Shown: positions 1-9,571 of the stretch, piece by piece
How the letters are laid out: every line of letters starts with the position of its first letter
Numbering within the stretch: position 1 is the stretch's first letter
From: Candidatus Limnocylindria bacterium
GTDB lineage: Bacteria; Chloroflexota; Limnocylindria; QHBO01
Assembly: GCA_036262075.1 (NCBI GenBank)
Contig: DATAJO010000003.1
Coordinates: forward strand, 15,464-79,463
DNA length: 64,000 bases
Direction: 5' to 3'
Position numbers and translations under genes: made by a program
Notes under the pieces: model-generated
What the model was told of the DNA's origin: nothing
Database searches by the model: none
What the model saw: only the letters and a program-made list of their open reading frames with translations

Positions 1-1212
1 TGAGGAGCTCCATGAGCTGCTCGAAGGCCGCCTTCTCGCCGGCCAGGGTGATCTCGCCGCGGTGCTCGGGATCGAACGACCAGATCGGCGTGAACGTGTC
101 CTCGGTGTCGAGCAGGCCGAAGAGGTAGTCGATTCCGTCGTCGAAGGCGTAGGGGTCGCCCTCGAGGTCGAGGAACAGGTCGCCCTCGTTCGGCTCGGGC
201 AGCATGGCGAGCCCGCGCTCGCGCTCGATCGGCTCACCGGGCTTCGGCAGCAGGAGCTCGTGGATCGGCTTCGGAAGGCGGCGGCCGGCGACCTGGATCC
301 GGGCCTGCTCACGGATGCGCTCGACGCTCGCGGCGCTCGAGCCGTCGAGTGGGGGATCGAACGGCAGGGGCGCGTTGGCGAGCCGCACGACGGTGTCGAT
401 CTCGCGTGACGCCAGGGCCGTCCGTTGCCGGGCCGTGATGCCGGCCACGAGCGAGAGGTGGTCGTCCGCGCGCCGCCGATCGCGGCAGACGGCGGCCCAG
501 CGGCACACGTCGCAGTGCTCGACCGGCTCGGGATAGGTCGTCGACGGCGAGGCCGAACGCAGGCCGGCGGTCTCGGGATCGAGGACCGCGGCCTCGAAGC
601 GCGCCTTCGCCGCGCGATAGTAGGCGAGGAAGTCGTCGACGCGCAGGTGCGCCGTCTCGCGCGTGCTGCCGCCCAGGACGACGTGCATCTCACGGGGTCG
701 CACGCCCTGGATCCGCTCGAGCTGCTCGACGTACGAGCACATCTGGAGCACGGCGCCGGCCTTCACGTGGCGGGCGAGCTTCGTGTCGGCGACCTCGTAG
801 TGGTACGGGCCCCACGCCGATGGCCGCTCCGGGTCGTCGACGCGGAGAAGGAAGTCGGCGTAGCCGAGCCAGTGGCCGTCGAAGAACGTGGCCTGGTAGA
901 CGACGTCGGCACCGGCGGCCATGGCGTCGAGCGTCGCCTGCGCCTGGCGCCGGATCCGCTCGCCGCGCTCGGTGTCGTCGTCGCGCTCGATCTCGACCAC
1001 GCGACGGCCCGACGCGCGCAGCTCGTCCAGGTAGCGCGCCTCGTGGGCGAAGCCGCGCTTGCGAATGATCTCGAGCTCTCGATCGTTGTGCGCGGGGCGC
1101 TCCACCAGGCCCTGGAGCAGCGCCCGATCGAGCGCCGTGAGGTGCTCGCAGGCGAGGTAGCCGACGAGGTCGGTGGCGCTGAAGACCGGCTGACCGTCGA
1201 TCAGCTGCATCG
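1..1212 (-). CDS. RecB-family nuclease (TM0106-like, Cas4-like Cys cluster); 5' complete, 3' end runs off window
   Basis: Minus-strand ATG at 1212 (MQLIDGQPVFSATDLVGYLACEHL...), high GC3 throughout. C-x(n)-CxxC cluster HCDVCRWAAVC typical of the RecB/Cas4 nuclease Fe-S module. Absent from the ORF track only because there is no stop inside the window. Confidence 0.7.
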
Positions 1213-1281
1213 GCTACTCCTTCCCCGCATGCCGCCAGCCTACCGATCGGCGCGACAGCTCGGCTGTCGCGTGGCGCAGGC

Positions 1282-2094
1282 CTACGGGCGGGCGGATGGG
1301 GACGCGCTCGCGTCCGGGCTCACGGCGCGGCCGATGACGAGCGCCCAGTCGCAGTCCGACGTGACGGTGACGAAGGCCGAGCCGCGGACGCCGACCGCAG
1401 CGAACTGCTGGGGCTGGAGCGTCCCGCGATCGACGCCGGAGCCGACGGTCGCGCTGATCGCCCGCACCGGCTCACCGCCGGTCTCGGCCAGCGACACGCC
1501 GAACCGGCAGCCGGAGCGCTCGGGATCGGTTGCGATCCAGCGCACGAGATGATCGCCGCGGCCGATGTCGACCGGTCCCTCCTCGGCGTCGCCGAAGCCG
1601 GCCATGCCGTGCAGCCATGGCGAGTCCTCGACGCGCGTGCCCGACCCGCGCAGGAACGGCTCCGGCTCGAAGCCGGCGGCGATCCAGCCCTCCTCGAAGT
1701 CCGGCTCGCGGGGATCGACATCGGTCACGAGGTACCAGCCGAGGTCGCCCGCGATGAACGGTCCCATCACCACCTCGAGCTCCGCCCCGAGCGGGAGGAG
1801 GCCGGTGACCGTGGGCGAGTCGGTGCCGGGGCGTTGGCGGACCCGCATGCCGTCGATCCGGGTGAGGGCGAGCTCGCCGGCGGCCATGTTCGGGATGGCG
1901 CCGCGGTCCGGCGTGGGCATCGGCGTCGGGGTTGGCGAGGGCGTCGGCGGGGGAACGGTGACGATCGGGCTGGGCGTCGGGCTCGGCGACGGCCGGATCG
2001 TGGGCGTCGCCAGCGGTGGCAGCGTGCAGGCCGCGAGCACGAGCGCAGCGCCGACCGCGGCGGCGAACGTTCGGCCGGGTGCGCGCTGGGTCAT
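1282..2094 (-). CDS. hypothetical lipoprotein with Pro/Ser/Thr-rich linker
   Basis: Signal peptide plus lipobox-like LAAC, PSPSPTPSP linker, globular C-terminal domain of unknown function. Confidence 0.5.
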   Translation of the reverse strand: MTQRAPGRTFAAAVGAALVLAACTLPPLATPTIRPSPSPTPSPIVTVPPPTPSPTPTPMPTPDRGAIPNMAAGELALTRIDGMRVRQRPGTDSPTVTGLLPLGAELEVVMGPFIAGDLGWYLVTDVDPREPDFEEGWIAAGFEPEPFLRGSGTRVEDSPWLHGMAGFGDAEEGPVDIGRGDHLVRWIATDPERSGCRFGVSLAETGGEPVRAISATVGSGVDRGTLQPQQFAAVGVRGSAFVTVTSDCDWALVIGRAVSPDASASPSARP

Positions 2095-2122
2095 CGGCCC
2101 AGAGGGTAGCGCGCCGGAGACC

Positions 2123-3151
2123 CTAGCGGTCGAGCCGGGGGATCGATGAGGCGAGGAGGTCGGCGATCTCGCGGGCGTTCGTGGTGCCGTAGTTCGCGTA
2201 GCAGTTGTTCATGAGGACGTGCACCTCGGGCACCCGCCCGGCGACCTCCTGGATGCGCGGCACCCACTCGGACAGCTCGCCCTCGTCGTAGAGGTAGCGG
2301 AAGCGCTCGACGACCGGGATGCCCGACTTCTCCCACGTCTCGCTGCGCCGGCCGTGGAAGCGGATGACGGACAGCTTCGGGCTGCTCACCAGCGTGACCG
2401 GCGGCACCGACGACTTTGTGCCCGGCGGCGCGTCGACGATGACGTACGGGATCTGCTCGGACTCGAAGAAGCGGATCGTGCGCTCGCGGTTCTTCTCGTT
2501 GAACCAGCTGGCGTGGCGCAGCTCGACGGCGAACGGCGTGTCCCCGAGCCGCTCCCTGGCCGTGAGGATCTCCTCGCGCGACTCGCTGGTGGGGAAGAAC
2601 CAGCGCGGGTACTGGAGGAACACCGCGCCGAGCTTGCCCGACGAGCGGAGCGGCTCGATGCCGTCCAGGAACCGGTTCCAGATCTCGTCCTCGACGTCCT
2701 TCGGCAGGTCGCGAGCGTAGACGCGCTTCTGGTCGAGGATGTCGGGCGGCAGCGACTCGCGGATGTCCTTCGGCAGCCGCTTGGGCTCGGACGGCTGGCC
2801 GGTCATCAGCGCGTGGGCCTTGATGTCGAAGGTGAAGTCCGGCGGCGTGCGCTCGAGCCACAGCTCGCCCTGCCGACGGGCGGGGAGGGCGTAGTACGTC
2901 GCGTCGACCTCGACGATGGGGAACTGGTTGGCGTAGTGGACGAGCCGCTCCTCCGCCGTGTTCGCATCGGGCGGGTAGAAGACGCCCGGCGCGGTCATCG
3001 TCGGGTCGGTCCAGGACGCGGTGCCCAGGCGGATCGTCGATCCGTTCGTCCGGATCGGCTCGCGCGCAGCCTCGGCGTGGGCCTCGCCGCGCCTGCCCGC
3101 GACGTCGGGGCCGGGATCGTGCGGGTTCGTCGTCGTGGTCGTCGTCGGCAT
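2123..3151 (-). CDS. DUF72 family protein (YecE-like)
   Basis: 342 aa with motifs typical of DUF72 (IRLGTASWTD..FYPP.., YANQFPIVEVDATYY, LHASWF); recognised from memory of the family. Confidence 0.75.
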   Translation of the reverse strand: MPTTTTTTNPHDPGPDVAGRRGEAHAEAAREPIRTNGSTIRLGTASWTDPTMTAPGVFYPPDANTAEERLVHYANQFPIVEVDATYYALPARRQGELWLERTPPDFTFDIKAHALMTGQPSEPKRLPKDIRESLPPDILDQKRVYARDLPKDVEDEIWNRFLDGIEPLRSSGKLGAVFLQYPRWFFPTSESREEILTARERLGDTPFAVELRHASWFNEKNRERTIRFFESEQIPYVIVDAPPGTKSSVPPVTLVSSPKLSVIRFHGRRSETWEKSGIPVVERFRYLYDEGELSEWVPRIQEVAGRVPEVHVLMNNCYANYGTTNAREIADLLASSIPRLDR

Positions 3152-3218
3152 GCGACGAGCGTACTCGCCGATGTCGACAGGATCTGGCAGGAATGCCGGC
3201 CCCTGCCGGCTGATGCGG

Positions 3219-3686
3219 CTACTCCTGGCCGAGGGCGCGACGCACGCTGGGGAGGCAGAGGAGCAGCATCGCCAGGCTCGGGACCGCGAAGCCGATGAGG
3301 AAGGCGGGGTGCCAGGGCAGGGCGACGACCGCGATGGCGGTGCCGACGGCGACGAGCAGCTGCACGACGGCCGACGTGGTCCAGGACCACGCCCGGCGTC
3401 GCCGCACGCCCCGTGCGGCGATCGCGGCCGCGACGCCGAGCAGGAACGCGCCGGCGGCGGCGAATTGGAGGAGCGTCTCGGCCCGGGCGCCGCTCTCGCC
3501 GCCGAGGAAGGTGCGCTCGGCGACAGCCAGCAGGCTGAGCACGATGGCGAGCGCCACCGTGGCGAGCGCCTCGACGAGGAGGACGATGCGGACGGAACCG
3601 ATGGCGGCGTTGCGCGAGATCGGCGCAGCGGGGGTGTCGGTGGCCTGGATGGCGGTCGGCAGGGCGGTCATGGGCGGAGTCTCCAC
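3219..3686 (-). CDS. hypothetical integral membrane protein
   Basis: 155 aa, 4 predicted hydrophobic helices; no family recognised. Confidence 0.4.
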   Translation of the reverse strand: METPPMTALPTAIQATDTPAAPISRNAAIGSVRIVLLVEALATVALAIVLSLLAVAERTFLGGESGARAETLLQFAAAGAFLLGVAAAIAARGVRRRRAWSWTTSAVVQLLVAVGTAIAVVALPWHPAFLIGFAVPSLAMLLLCLPSVRRALGQE

Positions 3687-3800
3687 GCGACGCTCGGCTC
3701 GCGATACGGCGGATTGCCGCTGCGGAGCCTACGTCATTCGTCCACGGCCGCCTACCCCCGCGACGCGGGGCGGCACGTGGCGTGCTTCATCGGCGCCGGC

Positions 3801-4301
3801 ATGGGGCGCGTGACGCGGATGCCGCATCGCAGCATGGAGGATCGGTCACGGGCGCTGGCCGAGGTCGAGGCCATCGCCTGGCTGCTCGACAACAGCATCC
3901 CCGTGCCCGGCACCGGTGGGCGGCGCTTCGGGATCGACGCGATCATCGGACTCGTGCCGGTGGCGGGCGACCTCGTCAGCGGCGTCATCGGGCTGTACGT
4001 CGTGTGGCGCGGCGCCCGCCTGGGCGTGCCGCGCATCGTCGTGGCGCGCATGCTCGCGACATCGGCGCTCGACCTCGTCATCGGCGGCATCCCGTTCATC
4101 GGCGACGCGTTCGACCTGTGGTTCAAGGCGAACACCCGCAACCTCGCGCTGGTTCGGCGACACCTCGCCGATCCGGGCGCCTCGACGCGCGACGACTGGC
4201 TGATCGTCGGCGGGCTCGTGCTGGCCGTGGTGGCGGTGATCGTCCTGATCGGCTGGCTGCTCGTATCGCTCGTGACCGCGGTGGCCGGCGCGCTCAGCTG
4301 A
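3801..4301 (+). CDS. DUF4112-like membrane protein
   Basis: Internal ATG at 3801 of the 3021..4301 ORF; upstream part is Arg/Gly junk. Product has the GIDAIIGLVPVAGDLVSGVIGLYVV motif typical of DUF4112. Confidence 0.55.
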   Translation: MGRVTRMPHRSMEDRSRALAEVEAIAWLLDNSIPVPGTGGRRFGIDAIIGLVPVAGDLVSGVIGLYVVWRGARLGVPRIVVARMLATSALDLVIGGIPFIGDAFDLWFKANTRNLALVRRHLADPGASTRDDWLIVGGLVLAVVAVIVLIGWLLVSLVTAVAGALS

Positions 4302-4328
4302 TCCGGCGTTCTCGGCTGGCGGAGGGGG

Positions 4329-5321
4329 TCAGCCGACCGGAACGCGACCGACGTCGGCGTAGCGGGTCAGCGCCCGGCCCGCCAGCTCGTGGATCCGCGC
4401 TCGAATCCACTCCGGCTCGAGGATCTCGACCGCATCGCCCAGGGCGAGGAGGCGGCCCGGCACCTCGTCCGGCCAGTCGACCTCGAGGCGCAGCACGAGC
4501 CAGCCCTCCGGGTCGTCCGACGGGTCGCCGATGCGTCGCGCGTTATCGACCGCGCGGACGCCGACCAGGTCGGCCAGGAGGCCGATGCGGTACGGGTCGA
4601 CCCGCACGGTGATCTCGAGCCGCGGGGCGGACTCCTCGTAGGCGGCGATCGATGCCTGCCAGTGCTCGCCGAGGTCGAAGCCGGGCGGCCGGGTGAACGG
4701 CTGCTCGGTCGGCGTCACGCGGCTGAAGCGCGAGACGCGGTACGTGCGGATGTCGTCCTCGGCCGATGCGACGAGGTACCAGATCCCGGCCTTCAGGACG
4801 AGGCCGAGCGGATCGAGGATGCGGTTCACCTCGCCGCCGGCGCGGCGGTAGCCGACGGTGATGCGCTGCGCCTCCCACACGGCGTTGGCGATCGCGGCGA
4901 GGTGCGGGACCGATTCGCTCGACCGGAACCAGCCGGCCGCGTCGAGGTGGAAGCGCTCGACGAGGCGCTGGGCGCGGGCGCGCAGCTCGGCCGGCAGGGC
5001 GGCGAGGACCTTGAGTCGCGCGGCAGCGACGACCGTGCCGAGGCCGAGCTCGGCGGCCGGGCCGGGAAGGCCGGACAGGAACAGCGCCTCGGCCTCGGCG
5101 CCGGTGAGGCCGGTGAGACGGGTGCGGTATCCGTCGACGAGCTGGATGCCGCCGTGCGGTCCGCGCTCGGCGTAGATCGGCACGCCGGCGGCGCTCAGCG
5201 CCTCGACGTCGCGATGGATGGTCCGCTCGCTGACCTCGAGCTCGGCGGCGAGCATCGCGGCCGTCATGCGGCCACGCGCCTGGAGCAGGAGGAGGAGCTG
5301 GACGAGCCGAGAGGCACGCAT
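4329..5321 (-). CDS. WYL-domain transcriptional regulator (YafY/PafBC-like, HTH-WYL-WCX)
   Basis: N-terminal DeoR-like HTH (RLVQLLLLLQARGRMTAAMLAAELEVSERTIHRDVEAL), central WYL-type domain (RITVGYRRAGG..GIWYLV), C-terminal extension. Confidence 0.8.
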   Translation of the reverse strand: MRASRLVQLLLLLQARGRMTAAMLAAELEVSERTIHRDVEALSAAGVPIYAERGPHGGIQLVDGYRTRLTGLTGAEAEALFLSGLPGPAAELGLGTVVAAARLKVLAALPAELRARAQRLVERFHLDAAGWFRSSESVPHLAAIANAVWEAQRITVGYRRAGGEVNRILDPLGLVLKAGIWYLVASAEDDIRTYRVSRFSRVTPTEQPFTRPPGFDLGEHWQASIAAYEESAPRLEITVRVDPYRIGLLADLVGVRAVDNARRIGDPSDDPEGWLVLRLEVDWPDEVPGRLLALGDAVEILEPEWIRARIHELAGRALTRYADVGRVPVG

Positions 5322-5358
5322 CGGCGCCGATGATACGGCCGATACCTGCCAATTTCCG

Positions 5359-5883
5359 TCAGGTACGTTCCTCGATGAACCGGGCGACCTCGTCCATCGC
5401 CTCGTCGACGACCGCGTTCAGGCCGTGCCCGAGCCGCGGCCAGGTGCGGAGTCGGGCGTCGGGGAGCCGCTCGACCGCGGCGCGCAGCAGGTCGATGCGC
5501 GCGAACGGGTCGGATTCGCCGGACAGGAGCAGCACCGGGCAGGCGATGCCCGGGAAATGGGCGGTGCGCTCGTCCCAGGCCTCCTGCCGGCCCGGCGCGT
5601 GGAGCGGGAACGAGAGCAGCACCAGCGCCCGTGGCAGCTCCTCGGCGGCGAGCAGGGACGCCACGCGACCGCCGAACGAATGGCCACCGATGACCGACGT
5701 CGCCAGCTCGTCGCCGACGGCCTCGCGGTAGGCCGGCACGGCGCGCTCGGCCTTGCCGCGCGGCAGCGGGACGAGGTCGACGCTCAGCCCGCGTCGTGCC
5801 AGCGCGTTGGCGTACGGGCGGAGGCGCTCGATCGAGCCGGAGGCGCCGGGACCGAGGAAGACGTGGCTGGCGGGCATCGCCAC
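5359..5883 (-). CDS. alpha/beta-hydrolase fold protein (dienelactone-hydrolase-like)
   Basis: 174 aa, GHSFGG nucleophile elbow, C-terminal His (LGHGL). Confidence 0.6.
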   Translation of the reverse strand: MAMPASHVFLGPGASGSIERLRPYANALARRGLSVDLVPLPRGKAERAVPAYREAVGDELATSVIGGHSFGGRVASLLAAEELPRALVLLSFPLHAPGRQEAWDERTAHFPGIACPVLLLSGESDPFARIDLLRAAVERLPDARLRTWPRLGHGLNAVVDEAMDEVARFIEERT

Positions 5884-5927
5884 AGAGCATAGTCGCGCCC
5901 GGCCGGGGATCGGCGTACGCTCAGGCC

Positions 5928-6356
5928 ATGACGCGAGAGAAGCTGACGAAGAGCGACGAGGAGTGGCGCGCCGAGCTCACCCCGGAGCAGTACCACGTGC
6001 TCCGCGAGGCGGGCACCGAGCGCGCGTTCACCGGCGCGTACTGGGACGAGCACCGGCCCGGCGTGTACCGATGCGCCGCCTGCGACGCGGTCCTGTTCGA
6101 GTCGGATACGAAGTTCGAGTCCGGCAGCGGCTGGCCGTCGTTCTTCGAGCCGGCCGAGTCCGATGCCGTCGAGCTCGTCGAGGACACCTCGTACGGCATG
6201 CGCCGGACCGAGGTCCGCTGCGCCCGCTGCGGCAGCCACCTGGGCCACCTGTTCGACGACGCGCACGACCAGCCCACCGGCCTGCGCTACTGCATCAACT
6301 CCGCGGCGCTCACGCTCGACCCGAAGGTGAAGCGAGAGCCGATCGAGCAGGTCTGA
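5928..6356 (+). CDS. msrB: peptide-methionine (R)-S-oxide reductase MsrB
   Basis: ATG at 5928 within the 5796..6356 ORF; two CxxC pairs (CAAC...CARC) and the GWPSF / RYCINS motifs of MsrB/SelR. Confidence 0.9.
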   Translation: MTREKLTKSDEEWRAELTPEQYHVLREAGTERAFTGAYWDEHRPGVYRCAACDAVLFESDTKFESGSGWPSFFEPAESDAVELVEDTSYGMRRTEVRCARCGSHLGHLFDDAHDQPTGLRYCINSAALTLDPKVKREPIEQV

Positions 6357-6365
6357 GCGGGACGG

Positions 6366-7421
6366 TCAACGGCCGTCCGCGACCGCCCGCATGACCTTCG
6401 CCGCCTCGCGGACGTCGTCGGCACCGACGTCGAGGTGGGTGACCGCGCGAATCGTGCGCGGTCCGAAGGCGTTGACCAGCACGCCCCGCTCCCGGCACGC
6501 GGCGACGAATCCGGGCGCATCAGGCACGCCGGTGCGCTCGACGAGGTCGAAGACGACGATGTTCGTCTGCACCGCATCGAGGTCGAGGACGACGTCGTCG
6601 CCGCGCAGCAGCTCGCGGGCGAGGAGCTTCGCGTTGTCGTGGTCCTCCGCCAGCCGCCCGACGTTGTTCGCGAGGGCGTAGCGGCCCGCCGCGGCGAGGA
6701 TCCCGGCCTGGCGCATCGCGCCGCCGGCCATGCGCCGGTACCGATGCGCCTGCTCGATGCGCTCGCGGCCGCCGGCGAGCATCGATCCGGCCGGCGCCCC
6801 GAGGCCCTTCGACAGCGACAACGACACGAGGTCGAATCCCGCCGCCAGCTCGCGCGCCGGACGGCCGGTCGCCACGGCCGCGTTGAGCAGCCGCGCGCCG
6901 TCGAGGTAGGTCGCCAGGCCGTGCTCGCGAGCGACGGCCACGGAGCGCGCCAGCGCATCGGCGGGGACGATCCGGCCGCCCGAGGTGTTGTGGGTGTTCT
7001 CGGCGACGAGCAGCGTGGTCGGGGGTGAGGCGATGTGCCCGCGCGGCGTGATGCCGGCCCGGACGTCATCGGCGTCGTACGTCCCGCGGCTGCCGATGGC
7101 CGTGAACTGCACGCCGGCGTTCGCGCCGCCGCCGCCGGTCTCGAAGCGCACGATATGCGCGCTGACCGGCACGAGCACGTCGTCGCCGGGGCGGGTGAGG
7201 GTCCGGAGCGCGACCTGGTTCGCCATCGTGCCGCTCGGCAGGAACAGCGCCGCCTCGGTGCCGAGCAGCTCCGCCACCTCGGCCTGGAGCGCGTTGACCG
7301 TCGGGTCCTCGCCGTACTGGTCGTCGCCGACCTCCGCCTCGGCGATGGCGCGGCGCATCTCCGGCGACGGCAGGGTGACGGTGTCGGATCGCAAGTCGAT
7401 CCGTCGGGCAAGCTGGCTCAC
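6366..7421 (-). CDS. ltaE: low-specificity L-threonine aldolase
   Basis: 351 aa PLP enzyme; DTVT, GTMANQ and SLSKGLGAP (PLP-lysine) motifs. Confidence 0.85.
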   Translation of the reverse strand: MSQLARRIDLRSDTVTLPSPEMRRAIAEAEVGDDQYGEDPTVNALQAEVAELLGTEAALFLPSGTMANQVALRTLTRPGDDVLVPVSAHIVRFETGGGGANAGVQFTAIGSRGTYDADDVRAGITPRGHIASPPTTLLVAENTHNTSGGRIVPADALARSVAVAREHGLATYLDGARLLNAAVATGRPARELAAGFDLVSLSLSKGLGAPAGSMLAGGRERIEQAHRYRRMAGGAMRQAGILAAAGRYALANNVGRLAEDHDNAKLLARELLRGDDVVLDLDAVQTNIVVFDLVERTGVPDAPGFVAACRERGVLVNAFGPRTIRAVTHLDVGADDVREAAKVMRAVADGR

Positions 7422-7450
7422 CCGCCGATGATACGGGTCGGGCGACCGGC

Positions 7451-7966
7451 TCAGTGCGCGGGGAGACGGCCGCGGATCGTCCGCCGCCGGCGGCGCTGGA
7501 CCACCGTGGAGACCGCCGCCGCATGTGCCGGCGACGAGCCGACGCCGTCACGCAGCCAGGCGATCGCGGCGTCGAGGTCGTCGGTCGCGAACGGCTTGGC
7601 GAGGATGGCGACCCCGGGCCCCGACACGAGCTCGATCGGCAGCGACGGCAGGGCCAGGCCGGTGCAGATCAGGAGGCGGGGGAGGGCCTGGAGCTCTTCG
7701 CGGACGCGGTGGCCGAGCGACAGGAACTGGGTGCCGTCGACGACGAGGGCATCGGGCCGCAGGCCGATGGCCAGGCGGCCGTCGAGCTCGACCGGGTCGA
7801 GCACCTCCGCCTCGGCGATCAGCTCCCCGAGGAGCAGGCGCATGCCCGGTTCGCGATCGCTGACCCAGATCGCCGCGCTCACGATGCGTCCGAACAGCAA
7901 GCGGAGTGCCGAATTGGCGGGGTCGCAGACCGAACCTGCGGTGGCGGGGCTCCGTACGATTGTCAT
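7451..7966 (-). CDS. stand-alone response-regulator receiver (CheY-like) domain protein
   Basis: Lower part of the artefactual 7451..9532 ORF. From ATG 7966: [18 protein letters not shown] (beta1/alpha1), [10 protein letters not shown] (phospho-acceptor Asp region), [15 protein letters not shown] (K-P-F motif). High GC3 after the first codons. Confidence 0.55.
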   Translation of the reverse strand: MTIVRSPATAGSVCDPANSALRLLFGRIVSAAIWVSDREPGMRLLLGELIAEAEVLDPVELDGRLAIGLRPDALVVDGTQFLSLGHRVREELQALPRLLICTGLALPSLPIELVSGPGVAILAKPFATDDLDAAIAWLRDGVGSSPAHAAAVSTVVQRRRRRTIRGRLPAH

Positions 7967-7975
7967 CCTCGTCGT

Positions 7976-9556
7976 ATGGATGAACGAATGAGCGAGCGGA
8001 CCTGGCAGCCGATGGACCGCCCGGCCACGCCGAGCCGCGGCCTGGCCGCGATCGCCGGCGCCGTGGCCGGTGCGGCCGCGCTCGGGGCCGCGGAGCTGCT
8101 CGCCGGCATCCTGCCCGGCGCCGCGAGCCCGGTCGTGGCCATCGGCGACCTCGTCATCTCGCTCCAGCCGCCGGGGGCGAAGCAGCTCGTCGTCGACCTG
8201 CTCGGCACGGCCGACAAGCTCGCGCTCAACCTGCTCGTCGTGGCCGTGGCGCTCGGCATCGCCGCGGGCCTGGGCGTGCTCGCGCGCCGATCGTTCGACC
8301 TTGCCCGCATCGGCTTCGCCGCCTTCGGCATCCTCGCCCTCGGGGCGAGCCTCCGTGACCCGCTCGCCTCGCCGCTCACCAGCCTCATCGTGGCCGCGCT
8401 GGCCGTCCTCGTGGCGATCGTCGTGCTGCGACGGCTGCTCGCCGCGGCCGCTCGGCGGCTCGGCCCGCCCGCAGCCGAGATGCCGGCCTGGGGGCGGCGG
8501 AAGTTCCTCATCGGCTCCGGCGCGCTCGTGGCCGCATCGGTCGCCGGCGGCGTCCTCGGGCGGACACTGCTCGAGCGCGGGCGGCTGGGCGCGGTGCCGC
8601 AGACGGGGGCGCTGCCCAGCCCGGCCGAGCCGGCGCCACCGCTGCCGGACGGCGCCGAGCTCGAGGTGAACGGCATCACGCCGCTCGTCACGCCCAACGA
8701 GCGCTTCTACCGGATCGACACCGCGCTCATCATCCCGCGGCCGGAGCTGGCGAAATGGCGCCTGCGGATCCACGGCATGGTCGAGAACGAGCTCGAGCTC
8801 ACGTACGACGAGCTCCTCGAGGAGCCGATCATCGAGCGGTACGTGACGATCGCGTGCGTGAGCAACGAGGTCGGTGGCGACCTCGTCGGCAACGCGCGCT
8901 GGGGCGGGGTGTCGCTGCGCCGGCTCCTCGACCGCGCCGGCGTCGATCCGGCCGCGACGCAGATCGTCGGTCGCGCGGTCGACGGCTTCACCGCCGGCTT
9001 CCCGGCCGTGCACGCCCTGACGGAGGGGACCGAGTCGCTCGTGGCGCTCACGATGAACGGCGAGCCGCTGCCGCCGGACCATGGCTTCCCGGCGCGCCTC
9101 ATCGTGCCGGGACTGTTCGGCTACGTATCGGCCACGAAGTGGCTGGGCGAGATCGAGCTCACGACCTGGGAGGCCTTCGACGCGTACTGGGTCCCGCTCG
9201 GATGGGCGAAGGAAGGACCGATCCTGACGCAGTCGCGGATCGACACGCCTCGTCGCGGTGACCGGCTCCCCGCCGGCACGATCCCGGTCGCCGGCGTGGC
9301 GTGGGCGCCGGATCGGGGGATCGGCGCGGTCCAGGTCCAGGTCGACGACGGCCCATGGTCGTACGCCGAGCTCAGCACGCCGATCTCCGACGCCACGTGG
9401 GTCCAGTTCGTGTACCAATGGAACGCGACGCCCGGCGACCACACGCTCCGCGTCCGCGCCACCGACGGCCACGGCGAGGTCCAGGAGGAGGGGCCGACCC
9501 GGCCCGCCCCGGACGGAGCGCGCGGGTATCACACGGTCGAGGTCAGCGTCGGCTGA
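7976..9556 (+). CDS. molybdopterin-dependent oxidoreductase (sulfite-oxidase / MsrP-YedY family) with fused N-terminal ~6-TM membrane domain
   Basis: Start ATG 7976 or 7988 inside the 7454..9556 ORF. N-terminal hydrophobic helices, then the Moco domain (RFYRID, IACVSNEVGG, GFPARLIVPG) and a C-terminal dimerisation domain. Confidence 0.8.
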   Translation: MDERMSERTWQPMDRPATPSRGLAAIAGAVAGAAALGAAELLAGILPGAASPVVAIGDLVISLQPPGAKQLVVDLLGTADKLALNLLVVAVALGIAAGLGVLARRSFDLARIGFAAFGILALGASLRDPLASPLTSLIVAALAVLVAIVVLRRLLAAAARRLGPPAAEMPAWGRRKFLIGSGALVAASVAGGVLGRTLLERGRLGAVPQTGALPSPAEPAPPLPDGAELEVNGITPLVTPNERFYRIDTALIIPRPELAKWRLRIHGMVENELELTYDELLEEPIIERYVTIACVSNEVGGDLVGNARWGGVSLRRLLDRAGVDPAATQIVGRAVDGFTAGFPAVHALTEGTESLVALTMNGEPLPPDHGFPARLIVPGLFGYVSATKWLGEIELTTWEAFDAYWVPLGWAKEGPILTQSRIDTPRRGDRLPAGTIPVAGVAWAPDRGIGAVQVQVDDGPWSYAELSTPISDATWVQFVYQWNATPGDHTLRVRATDGHGEVQEEGPTRPAPDGARGYHTVEVSVG

Positions 9557-9571
9557 CGCTCGCCGCCGCCG

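Noticed and set aside
425-1552. 375-aa plus-strand ORF
   Set aside because: Antisense to the well-supported RecB-family nuclease frame; the product is Arg/Ala/Gly-rich low-complexity sequence, which is a high-GC artefact.
7451-9532. 693-aa minus-strand ORF
   Set aside because: Antisense to the Moco oxidoreductase and R/G/D/E-rich; only its last 171 codons (7451-7966) look like a real receiver-domain gene.
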